A stretch of DNA of 64,000 nt, from positions 131,132,001 through 131,196,000 of the forward strand of contig NC_086097.1 in NCBI RefSeq assembly GCF_963921235.1, written 5' to 3'. This DNA comes from Mobula hypostoma (Eukaryota). A program made the translations under genes and the position numbers. The notes under the pieces were generated by a model. It was not told where the DNA came from. It saw nothing but the letters and a program-made list of their open reading frames with translations, and did no database searches. Shown here piece after piece: positions 50,421-63,200 of the stretch (positions are counted from its first letter, which is position 1; each line of letters starts with the position of its first letter).

Positions 50421-53400
50421 ACTAGTGGGTCTTTGGAAAGAGCTATCCAATTAGTCTCACTCCCGTTCTCTTTACTGTACATATAAGTTTTGCAATGTCC
50501 CCACTCCCAGAACTGCCCAATGCCCTTTTGATCTTATCAGTAAATCTTGTACCAGCCTTTCAGGAAACACAAGCCAGCTCAGAACAACTAGTTGTGCAGA
50601 AATAATTCTGTTCCTCTCTCCTCTGCTTTTCTCGTCAACTGTGTGCCCTTTATTTATGGGTCAAAATTTAACATGATCTTCTCAAGGAGCAAATAGAAGC
50701 CCAGTCCCAGGTACTACCAGGATAAATTCCAAGAACAGCCACCCAGAGAGTTTATTCAGTGTTGTTAATGCCACCTCAGATTCAATTACCAGGGGAAGTA
50801 TTCAATTTTCCACTTTCCACAGATACAACATCTAATTTAATTCAGTTGTACTCCAGTACATTTTGTTCCACAATGGGCTACATGGATTGCATGTGTGAGC
50901 ATGTCATGAGCACTAACGCAGATAAAAAAGTGATGTTTTATAAAACAAATTTGCTTGTACCTAGGTTTTATTATCTCAGCCAAAATCCTTGAAGACTTAT
51001 TTCCAGCCACACCGGGCTATGAACTTGTAGTGCCGCCATTTAGTTTCCTCGTTCATTTTCGGCCAACTGCTTGATGGCAATAAGTGTTCGCACGTACCAG
51101 ATTAGTTATTTTGATCAAATCTCGAGGAATAATGGAAAGAAATTTGAACGTGTGTTAACTCTGTGGTGGCACTGTATGAAATTCCTAGTTAGTTTGCAGT
51201 GAAGTTGTACGTAACCACATTAATGTTGGCTGTGAATTCGCGTGCTAGAAGCTCCAGAACCGTTTTAGTTGGGCAGATTTGTTTTTACCAGGAACTAAAG
51301 CCGCAGATGAGAGCCACTCTCTGAAATCTAAATCGTTACGAACATGAAAGCTGTAATACCCCTCTTTCTACTCTATGACCATTAAAGTTCAATTATTAAA
51401 TCTGCTACTTCAGCAAAAAAATTCTCACCGTGATTAGCAAGTTGATAATCTCTTAAATTCTGCGCACCCCTTTGAGAGTACCGGTTCCCTTTTGGTCCGG
51501 AGCGCTTGAATTACGCAAGGATCTAACTGATGCTAGCCACGTATCAATGCTGACTAGTTTAATGTGATCCATTGCTATCTTTTGCTGGTGATCAATTTCA
51601 TCTCGCGCCTCAAGAAATAATCGAGGGATCTACAATTAAACAAGACTCTAAATTAATAGTTTAACATTCCAAAAGAAACAGGATTCAAATGTATTATATT
51701 TTATTAAATATCGCTTCGCCTTACGCGTAATGTATCGGAAAGAATCCGTGATGATACCTAGGGGAAAACATACATTAGCATTTAAATTATAATTGATGTC
51801 TTTAACAAAATACAGTCTAAATAATTTGATATTGCCGATGTGGTTGGAAATAAAGAACACGTATTACAGCCACAAGCCACGTTTTAAGTGCGTTCATTAA
51901 ATCATAACACAAGAATAAAACGGTGACTAATTTACCAAGGTAATGAAACCTCTATAAATCTCCCAGCAGGTAGCCGAAGTAATTTCCTGCAATTTTAAAT
52001 GAAAAATTGTAAACTGAACTGCTGATGGATCCTTAAAAAAACATATTTGTTTAATGTGCATTCGTGTTCATTGGGGCGAATTCACGAGCATTTTTTATAT
52101 AAAGAAATTCTTTTATTTTCGAGATTCTGCTGCCTGATGTACACGCTGTACTTGTAGCGATTAGGAGGTGAACTCTCAGCGTCAACGCATAGGTCAGATC
52201 GCCATCTCGCTGTCTATCTGGTTACCATTAGTATAATAGTGACTTGTAGTCCCTTTACTGTGAAGCGATTCCGGGGTACAGAAGCGAGTTATAGAAACGC
52301 GGATCATTTTAAGCGTTCAAAGTTAGAGGCTCTTTATTGGGTCTCGTGTTTAGAGGTGCAGTAAATCTCAGAAACGCATTTCATATCGCCCACCCTTTTC
52401 CAGCAACCGTGCACTCGTGCAATGAAATCCTTTCTATTACAGGCGTGCTTGACTGAGTCGGAGCTGACCGATATATCCACGAACTTGAGAAAAGGCTCCT
52501 TTATAGCCTGTGAGATTGATAACTCTATAGTCAGAAAGTACCCTTAACTCCTGTTCTGAATTAATCCCAATTTCGTTGCCGTCAGTTAAAGATAACCTTG
52601 TCATTTTATGAATAATTTATTGCGTACCAACATCTGAGCATTAGGATGCAAGGCTGGGTTGAATTCGGTGGTAAAATACAGAGAATCGAAAAATCAGCAA
52701 AAGGCATTGGCTGCCTCTCTCTCACACACACGCATAAACGTTTGCAGTCCTGATATCTTACCCCTCTAACCCCCACGTAACCGGCCTCCGCTGCTATCAC
52801 AGCGAACCCCGCGGCTTTAAATATCCGCAGTTCACTGTAAGTAGGGTGATGTGTTGCATCTTCATAGGAGCGCCCATGAACAGCGAGGTTAATCACTGGG
52901 CGTGATTAACCTTCACGATTACAGTAATTTTACGGGCAAATCACAGCTAGAAAGCCGACCTAATGAGACACCTTATACTTAGTACCCACACCGGCGGGAG
53001 TCTGAAGCAGCTGTTAAACTTCACAGATGCTCCCGATGATATTGCATTTATTCACATAATCTTATCCAGTTCTATTCCTCCGACACTTACATTCAAAAAC
53101 CCACCTGTTTGCACATTAGCAAGCAATCTTTTTTGACAGTTCATTGGCTCCTGTTAAATTACCCTTTAAGTGGATCCGACATTCTGATATAATTGATTTA
53201 TTAAGAATTAATGCTGTGCTCATTGCAATCAGGGGAGCGGTCATCTCCCCTGCAATAATCAAATAATAAAACTGACGACTTACAACCACCATGTCTCTTG
53301 TAAACGTGGCAACAGAAAGGGATGGATGAGCCTAACGAGAAATAGGTTTAAACTTTGCTTCGTGGCACTGCAGAGTTACAGAGAGCACCAAACTACCTTA

Positions 53401-55179
53401 ATGTGACGGCTATCTGTTCATTGGAAGCTTTTAAGTTGTGGGAAAGCGTCCGCCAAGACCCTGAAATAAATTCAGAAATAAAATTAATTCACCGAATATT
53501 AATTATGCGGTACAAAATACTGTGTATAATATGGGGTTGTTAATTTTTTTGCATTTTATAGGATGTTTATCTTACACGGGATGATCATACTTTGTTTTGG
53601 AAGAACTTACACTCGTCTTGTTCGTTTTACCTGGGCGATCTTTCTCTGGCACCCCTTCCACTCGGTGCCGGGACAAGGAAACCATTGCAACCTAAAAAGC
53701 AGGAAATGTCTCCTATAGGTCATAAACCCGTGCAAAGCAATTAAAATCACCAACCAGGGAGTAACATAAAGCCAACGTTTATTTAAACGTAACGTAACAT
53801 CATGGGGGTGGAGGACCCTCTTTAAATCATAATCGACAGAAACCCCTCGGACAGAATAAGGAATCTGAAAACATGTTTAACACAGAAGCCACATTTTGAG
53901 AATTGAAAGTGATACTTAGCGAAAAACGAACACGGCTCTGATTTCAACGCATTCCTTCCCCCTCTAGACCCGACCCCTAATTTGCAAAAAGGCACTTAGT
54001 TTTGTTCCAAAGGAAATGTTTGGTATCGATGCAAATCTTAAACTGAAGTAGTCTCCTTCGGGGTAACTGGGGTGGTTCGTAAATGAATTGCAAATTCTCT
54101 TGCATGATTGCAAACAAACCACTATTAAGCCTCCGCGTCATTTCTAAGTGGACCCACACATTGCGAGAGGAAATGACTTTCCAGCAGTTTCTGTTTTACA
54201 TTTCACAACCTGCGAAGTTTCGCTTCGTGTTGATAATGTATTCGTTTACGGGACTGTGAGAGTGAATTGAAAAAGACTTACAGTAAGGAAACCCAGCAAC
54301 CTCTAGAAGATAACTTGTTAAATGTAATGCAACCCTCCTCGATTATTGCATTAGAAGTTCGAAGTCAGAATTATTTAAGAAAGAGGCAACATCGGCCCGT
54401 GAGGCAAGTTTGTGACAGTGAGCTTTTACAGAGACAGGGACTAACGGAGGAGAGAAAAAAAATCAATTTTTGAGACACAATATCCCCGTGTGAAGGTTTT
54501 AAATTCACTGTCTATCGCCACAAAGCAGAAAATGAACGTGTTCTGATTGAGTTATGGGTCTAATTGGAGACCTGTCTGTGAAGCAAAGATGCAGAACTTC
54601 AGCGTTAAGAGATATTTGATAATTTCAATGACGCAAGCCTTTGAACTCAGTTGAAGCATGGACAGTGGGTGAATTCCGTCCGACTCGCTTATTCTCTACA
54701 TCCCGGTCTAGTTCACAACTAGCGCACAAGCGGTCCTGGAGGGGTTGGAAATGAATTATTTGCATTTACAAATAGTTAAAAAAAAACAACTCAGAACATG
54801 AGATTGGCTTCAGCTAGATGCTGAAGAATGGGAATTGTTTATATTTCAAAAATTTGTATATTTTGAGAAGTAAATTGAGAATAAATATTTCATCCTCCTC
54901 TTGGGGCATGTTTGTGTATTTCGATGTAGCTGACCCCTATGTTCGCATCCACTTCCAAACCTGCAAAATGTTTAATACGTTAACCGGACTGCAGTTTTAT
55001 CCTATGTGCCAGGGTAACTCTTGGGACAGAAATATTGACATCTGTCATCACCGAGGGAGTGGAATGGTTTCCAACGAGTGCTCCATATGTCAGTATCAGC
55101 TTTAGAAACTGTTCTCACACAACTTTAACGAGATCTGTTTGGCTGAAAATTGAACACTTCCAAATTAATCTAACTAGAT

Positions 55180-55490
55180 AATCTGACGAACAGTCTCCGG
55201 CCTGAAACGGCGAACTCTGTTTCTCTCTCTACAGTTTCTGCCCGACCCACCGAAAGTTTCGATCGCTTTCTGATTTATTGATAACCGTGACTGGTAAACG
55301 TTTCAGATTTTTAAAAAACTGGTTCTTTAAAACAATATATTTTTGTAACACACGGAAAATGCTGGAGGAACTCAGTAGGTCAGGCAGCATCTATGGAAAT
55401 GAATAAACAGTCGACGTTTCGGGCCGAGACCCTTGTTCAAAACTGGAAAGGAAGGGGAAAGATGCCAGAATAAGAAGATGGGGGCGAAAA
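55180..55490. mobile_element. Two PLE pLTR fragments with degenerate hammerheads
   Basis: ctgacgaacagtctccggcctgaaacggcg (+, 55183) and agtcgacgtttcgggccgagaccc (-, 55409-55444). Confidence 0.65.
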
Positions 55491-56811
55491 ACTTAAAACA
55501 GAAATCCTGATTAATATACCACTGTTCAGTGTTTATGATTTCAATACCTGCCTCGTGTATGTGCGAGTGGGTGACTCAAATCCTGTATTCCTGGGCTTTA
55601 CAGTTTATCAATTGTAAATCTGCTGGAGAGGCAATCATTAGTTGTAGGTATGTAAATATTTAACGTATGGTATTGCAGAACTGTATTGAATACTGATCTC
55701 GCAAGAGAAAGCTACCCACAGATGCTGCTCGACTCGCTGAGTTCCTCCAAATTTTTGCTTTTTTTGCTTCTGAACATTGATGATTGTTACATCAGATGTT
55801 ATACTGAGATGGATTCTGAAGGAAGATCACATCACCGTTGCGTTAACTCTTTTTAAAGCGCTTCTAAAAATCCTCTCCCCCCCCACCAACATTTTCCTTT
55901 TATTTCAGATTTGCGCAATGTTTCGGTCTTGCATTAGGAGGAGTCATAAATGATGAATTAAACGGTGTCGGATGCACAGTTTAGATCAATGAGAAACCAT
56001 CACTTCAGATTTGCATATAAATAGTATGTGCAGCAGTCTAACCGGTCACGTGAAATACTTACTCCAGTATTATCTAGTCTCAGGTGGTTTGAGAAATGGT
56101 CCCGTCTTGACAGGAATGCTAACTTCAAGGTCTCAGGACTTTTTTTTTGAAAGCCAATTTTCTTTTTCTGGGCTCTGTTGTCCCGAACATTTTAGGGTGA
56201 ATAATCTCCAGCAAGTAAACGGGGCAATGGGGGGAGGGGAGTGAAATGGAAACTGATCTCAGGAATGCCACGCTGGGGTTCTGTGTAGGACAATGGAAAT
56301 AGTTGCTGCTTAGTCTAACTTCGAGGAAACACTACGTCGTTTCCCTACTTCATTCTTGGACTTTGTCGGTCCCGGTCTGATTATTATAAATAAGCTCAGT
56401 CTAGCCGACTTTGGTTCTTGCCTCAAACATACAAAATGCTGGACGACCGAGCGAATCAGGCGTTATCTACGGAAAGGGCCGAGACCCTCATCAGGATTTT
56501 TCGTGTTCATAGTTCACTCTTCAACCCCTTTTCCTGATTCAATGCTTCATCTTTTAATCTTCAAATAGTGTACATTGTTTTTCCACTGAAGTCCTCCTAG
56601 TCTCTGTTTAATACTCCTCATTATAACAAACTGTCGAATATTTAGCGTATGGAATTGACTTTACCATGGGGATGTTTGAGTACGTACTTTTTCTATGGTG
56701 TAACTTTTATCATTCTGATTTTTATCGGTGACTTGTGTTTATGTGCCATGGATATGGTCATAAATCAAATTTCCGCCGATCTGGCTGTCTCTTTTGCAAA
56801 GTTCCCCATCA

Positions 56812-57313
56812 TCCAGGTCACGCTCTCTTCTTGCTGCTGCCATCGGGAAGAGGGTACAGGAGCCTTAGGACACCACTAGGATCAAGAACAGCTATTACCC
56901 CTCAACTATACGATTCTTGAACCAGAGGGGGGTAACTTCACTCGCCCCATCACTAAACTGTTCCCACAGTCTGTAGACTCACTTTCATAGACTCTTCATC
57001 TCAAATATTCTTGATACTTATTATTTATTTATTATATTATTTGCCCTGGCTTGTCTATCATGTAGACAGTCGGGGCGCAACGTCCCGACCAATGGAGGGA
57101 CTCATATATTATTATTATTATTACCCCTAAATTTTGTATTTTCGCGGTTTGTTGTCTTTTGCACATTGGTTGGTCAGTACTTTTGGGTGCCGTCTTTCGT
57201 TGATTCTATTGTGTTTCTTGTATTTATTGAGAATACCCGCAAGAAAATGCATCTCTGGATTGCGTATGGTGAAGTATACGTACTTAAATAATGAACTTAC
57301 TTTGAACTTTGAA
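56812..57313 (+). mobile_element. Rex/L2-type LINE 3' fragment
   Basis: Similar to 42910-43010 (catccaggtcacgctctcttc..ccatcgggaagagg); tttgaactttgaa tail. Confidence 0.65.
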
Positions 57314-58189
57314 AATGACGGGATTGTACAACTGAGCCATAGTAAGTGTATTGTTTCCACCCCTCCCAGGTCTCCCCCAAATACAAACACTTTAGTTTTA
57401 CAAGCCATAGCAGGGATACAGTATTTTAGCATCTGCATTGGATTCAGTAATACTGTATAATTTTAGCTGTTGCATGGGGTTGTACATTTGCTTGCTTTCT
57501 GTTGCGAAAGCTTAAAATTGGTGATTCTTCAGCTTATACTGGCAGTTAAAAACAGGATTAAATCTTATTTGGAACAGGTACAAAAACCACTTGGTTGTAC
57601 AGTTTGAACCGCTTTCCGTTTTTAAAGATTGATATTCTATATCGTTTAGTTCTGAATTAATAGATTATACATCAATTTCAAAAATCACCATGGCGTTACA
57701 TATGCAATCCAAGGTCTTATGCAACGTCTGTAGTAAAACTGATCCAGATTTTGCTGAACATTATTCAATGCAGAGTTTGTGATGTTGTTTATATCTTATT
57801 TATATAGAAATTAAAATTAAGAGTATAGCTGGAATAAAGTTGGCAACTATTTAGTGCAGAAAATTCTGCAAGCTCTCTGAAGGTGACCTTGTGAAGGTAT
57901 TTTTCTTCTATTAAAAAATAAACGTCCAGTTGATTCTTTACTCACACTAAAAGTTTAATTGATATGTTGATGGGTTCAGTCTAGATGGAGGAGCTGCTCT
58001 CCAGTCTAGAACAAAGTGAACTTATCAGTGGAGCTCAGCACTGCCAACCCTGCACCTTTTGAAACAGATACTAATAAAGTACCACTTCAACAACATTATG
58101 GTGTAGTGTGTCTGTTCACATTGATTTTTTTTACATATTAATGTGTTATGATTGAAGTCATTGTATTTCCCCTGTATATATAAAAACGT

Positions 58190-58712
58190 ACTCATTGGTA
58201 GGGGTCTTGAGTTTAAGAGTATAGACATCATGATGCAGCTGAAGGAAGCATTCATCAGACTGCATTAGGAACACTGGGCACAGTTTTAGTTGCCCCATTA
58301 TAGGAAGGATATGGAGATTGAAAATGTGCATTGGAAGTTTACCAGGATAATGTTTGGAAAGATTGGCCAAATTTTGTTTATTCTCCCTAGAGCACCAGAT
58401 AGTTTTTTTTTAATTATGAGAGGCGTAATTTAATCGTTCCCCCATGATGGGACTGTCAAACACCAGAGGGCATGTTTTTAAGGTGGGGGGGTGAAGTTTT
58501 TTTATGAGGAGAGTAGTAAGTGCCTGGAGGAGGTTACCAGGAGTACTGGCAGCAGCAGGCAGGTTGATAGGCTTTTAGACAGGCACATGATTAATTGAAA
58601 TGGAGGGATATAGTTAATACACAGGGAGAGAACATTCAGTATTAACGGTGTCAAGATCAGCTCAACATTGTGGGCCAAATATCCTTCCAGTGCAGTGCTG
58701 TTCTATGTTCCT
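58190..58712 (+). mobile_element. Old CR1 3' fragment
   Basis: cattataggaaggatatggag..tttaccaggat..; ends gtgctgttctatgttc. Confidence 0.65.
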
Positions 58713-59599
58713 GTAAAGGAAAAACAAATCCTATTCTAGTGCCTGTGGAAAAATATGCATATTAAATAATATTTATGTATGTTCAGAGATTTATAATCCC
58801 AATCTTGTTTTGTTCTTAAATCCTTCTTAATATTACATGTATCTACAGTATATGGAATAAATGGCAAATTTATACTTATGTGGTTTCTTCAAAGGTGATT
58901 TCATGTTTCAAAGATTAAGATTCAATTAGCATATTCTACCACAGAACTGAGATGTAAATAATGTTTTGCCTGACTGATGTTACCTAAATGTAATGACGAT
59001 AATTTTGTTAAGTTATTAGGTTTATCTCTGGTGTTTGCTAATGGTCAGATATCAAATCCTTACTTTTTCTTTTCTCTGTCATTTACCTCACTGGTTTAGA
59101 AGCTGAAATAAAATAAAATTATGTTATCAGTGTGGTATGTAATTCTTACCCTGAAAACTTGCTAGAAGAAATACCCTACTGAAGAAATCTTATTTTTCCC
59201 CATTGAAGCCTAGTATTGGAGGCACATTACTTAATAGTTAAATGCAGTTTAAACAGATTGTCAGAGAGCATTGTTCATGTTGAAAACTAGTGTCAGAACT
59301 TCATGGAACAAAGTCTATGAGGGAACAAGAGATCTCATTTATTGTTGTTTAGTGCAATTTAGGCGGTGATGGGGAGTTTAGATTTATATATATATTTACA
59401 AAGTTTGTATGTCACCTTAAGGTAATTACAAAGATTGAGGAAATAAATATGCAATATGTACCGTGGAGCATGTATTTAATATTGATAGGAGAATCGGTGA
59501 GCTGTGGAAGGAAACAATATGATAATTTTAATCCTTGGTTCCCCTGATCTAATAGCATGTTGAGAAAGTTGGACATTTATGAAACAGAAGGAGGCAATC

Positions 59600-60210
59600 A
59601 TGTCAATGTCCCTGCTTGCCAAAAAAGGATCTACTTCCCCTGTACCTCCCCCCCAACCACCGTCCAAATTCTTGGCCCATAGTGTCATAGTAATGGTAGT
59701 AATGATGTTCAACCATGGTCCTTTTAAGTCCACCGAGGGTTTTTGCTTCTATTACACATTCAGAGAGTGACTTTAGATTCTTGCACTCTTTGGGTGAAAA
59801 TTCTCTTCCAATTCTAGTACAGATGAACTTATATATAATGTCTTCCTGTATTGTCGTGACTGCTAAAGGAATTGGACCTTCCTGTTCAGACCGAGTAAGC
59901 CTCTCATAACTTCATGTACCTGAATTAAACCGCCCCTTGATCTTTTTTGTTTCAATGTAAACAAATCTGACCTGCCTGGTTTTCCCAAGTAATCGTAAAC
60001 TTCCAGCACTGGCAACATCCTCTCAAGTCTCACCAGTGGTATTGTATCCTTTCTGTAATGCAGTGACTAAATGTCCGTTCTAACTGTGGCCTAACTGGTA
60101 TTTTATTTAATTCTAGCATAACCTTCTATCTATTCCTCAAGGCAAGCATCCCCAGTTGTATCTATCTGTCAGGTTTTAACAGTACCCAATCCAAGATCCT
60201 CCTGTTCCTT
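59600..60210 (-). mobile_element. Highly degraded CR1 3' fragment
   Basis: Weak similarity (ggcaacatcctc, tcctttctgtaatgcagtgac, tgtggcctaac) to reversed CR1 3' ends in this window. Confidence 0.45.
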
Positions 60211-63200
60211 TATTCCTTATAGTTTTCTACAATCTATTATGTACTCCTTAAAAAGTATTATGGTATAAACAAAGATTAAATAAGATATAGTTTTGGAATA
60301 TTCCACTTCATATTAAGAAATTAACCAATGAAACATGTTCCCGTCTTAACCCCCAGCAGGTCAATTAATAATTCACATTTAATAGTTTATTTTAAATTAG
60401 ATAACACTTACATCAAATTCTGTTCAAAAAGGATACTGCAGTGTTAAATACTCTTATTAACAGCTTCTATAGAAGGACATTATCATAAACCACAAACTCC
60501 TATTGCCAGTATTCCGCTTTTCTTTGAAAATTGACAGGTCAGGAAAGAAAAAAAAACACATTTTTACCTTGCAAATCATATCCTGCATTTTTTTTTATTT
60601 ATTCCATATGACAAAATAGTAACCTAGACTAAGACATCCATTTCAGTCAGTAGATGTGTCAAGCCAACAAGGTTTAATAAAAATATTGGATATAGGTAAC
60701 AATTCCCAAGTCGTTCAGGTTGGTTTTCCAGCCCCACATGGTATCGCAGTATAAAAATAGTGTCTCTCTTCACCATGTAGAGAGGAACAACCAGCATCTG
60801 AATGCAGAAGGGTTCTGTCTACCTACTGCCCTATTTACATTGCTTTAGAAGTCTTAAGTTACAGATCCTTATGGATAGAACACTACATGGTATCAAATGC
60901 TAACATTTGGATAACAAAAAATTTCACACCGAAAATGACACAGATAAATAAAACATTCAACTGCTGAAAATACAGCAACGTTAAGCCACCTTACAACTTG
61001 TTTTGTTTCATTTTATTTATGCTCTTGAAAGGTTCCCATATTCGCCCACACTTAGTGCTAAAAAGGTGGAAATACCACAGGACTGACACATTGTTCTCAC
61101 TTTAGGAACAAACACCCTTGCAGTAAATACAGTTTTGGAAGGGGGCAAAACAGCTCTTCTATGATCGATCTTGACACTTCACATTGGTTCACTGTAACAA
61201 GATGGTAGAAACAACCAGTAAAGCGCTTCTTTTTGACATTCCTTGAAGGAGTCCTATTTTTTTTTTCTCTTTTCAATGAGCAGATTGTCCCACTTTTAGT
61301 CCATTCAATCTACTTGCTGTGCAAACTCCACCATTAGATTACCATGTCTTTTACCCAATTCATATTGCAATATCTCTTCAAAAACAGTTTCAAACAATTA
61401 GCAGTTTTTACACTACCGTCCACCGTGCCTCCAATGCAAATAAAAATGAGGTAGTACTGTACACGAAACGGTTACTGTTAGTTCAAGTTTTGATTAAGCT
61501 CCACCCATCCCAATTTGCTAGCTTACTTAATAATATTGCAGATTTGAAACGTTGTCAGACTCCTACTATGGTGTCCCATTAATAAACGGTCACTTGTTGT
61601 GTCAGTCTTCTACCATTTGTTTTCAAAATATGCCAAGGAGAAATATAGCCAGGTTGAATGGCATTTCCAGCATTTTAAAAATTATTGAAAGTTTACAACA
61701 CTTTCATCAGATTCAAAAGATAGGCCATCTTATCATACAGGTAATACTTTCATTACATTGTGGAAATTTTTTTCAACCTTAACTCTGCTGGGCTTAGGAA
61801 GGTTAAAGTCCTCTTTTACTCATCTCAGCCATATGATAAGGTGCAAGGTATTTAACGAATCCCAGTTTTATCATAGATTTAGCTCAATTTGGTGTAAAAC
61901 TCCTCTAGTACAAAATGGGATTTCCTGTTTGCTGATATATTTGGCAGAATTGTTCAGAAGAGGAGCTTCACCCTCTTAAAGATCAAGTGGCACAGAGATC
62001 AGACCTACAACAATTTTCAAGAGAACCTTCAGAAACAAAATAAAGTTACTCCACTCGACTTGATTTTGTTTCACTTCCAGGTCTGCATTTTGTTCCTTCT
62101 GTCATGCAACACAACAAAATTTTGACTCACAAAGGACGGGATGGTATTATCATCTTGCTCTAGGAAAAAACATCTAATCAATCAGAATAATCCATTGGTA
62201 CATAACCAAAGATGTGCTCTGTTCCATGAGATGAGAACATGTTGGTAACGGCTATCACTAATGCATCTCTGATCTCATAGCCGACAGTGACAACAGGAAG
62301 AACAGGCACATCCATAACAGCGGTTGCCACTGGTGACCTAGCAGTATCTCAGAGCAGGGAGCTACCGCCAACACTTGAAGTGGACCAATGCATGTGATGT
62401 GGATTTTCACAGTACTTTAGTCAGGCTCTACAGCAACCATTCTGGATGTGCATTTACAATTTGATGCCACCAAACGAAGATGAGGGTTCCAGTTGAAGAA
62501 AGTTCTGAATTAGGAAGTCTAATGGAATTTAAACAAGACTCCCTTCTCTAACTTGAAGTAAATAGTGGAATCTAGATAAGGAGAGTATAGGTGGATGGAG
62601 AGGGTAAAGTTTCTTCATGAGCTCTTCTCTTATTCGTTAAAAGCTCCACAAACTGTGCAAAATATAAGCGACTCTAAAAGCATGGGGCAGAAAACTTGTG
62701 CTCCAGTGTACAAATGCCCCTGTCTACGGTCACTATAAAATATGGAGCAAAGCCAGATTCATACTGACATGTGAATTGAAAGAATGCCTAATACCTTAGC
62801 ATCGGTTTCATAAGGAAACAATGGGTAAAGGACGATAAAAGTAGAGCCTGCCAGATCCATAGTAACTTACCCATGAGCTGCCACATGTGAAAGTTATTTT
62901 GTCAGAGGAGAAAATAACAATAAAAGATTTCATGTTGATACCTACTTTAGGGGACAAATAAAATGTTCAATTTCTAACCAATTCAACAATATAGGACTCT
63001 GTTAATTTCAGTTTCCTTCCTTTAACACACCTATTAACACATTTGCATAAATTCCTGTCTATGCCATTTTAATGTGGACTCCAAGCCATTGAGAATCATT
63101 GAACTGTATTAAAAGTGCTCAGAGATTTTTTTTTAAAGAAAATGCTAAATAAAAGGCTGGAATAAATCTGCAAGGGTTCTTGTGTTTAAATAAAAAAATA

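Noticed and set aside
62165..62420. Minus-strand open frames, one with a hydrophobic GPI-signal-like end
   Set aside because: Short, bounded by stops, no convincing splice sites and no recognisable homology.
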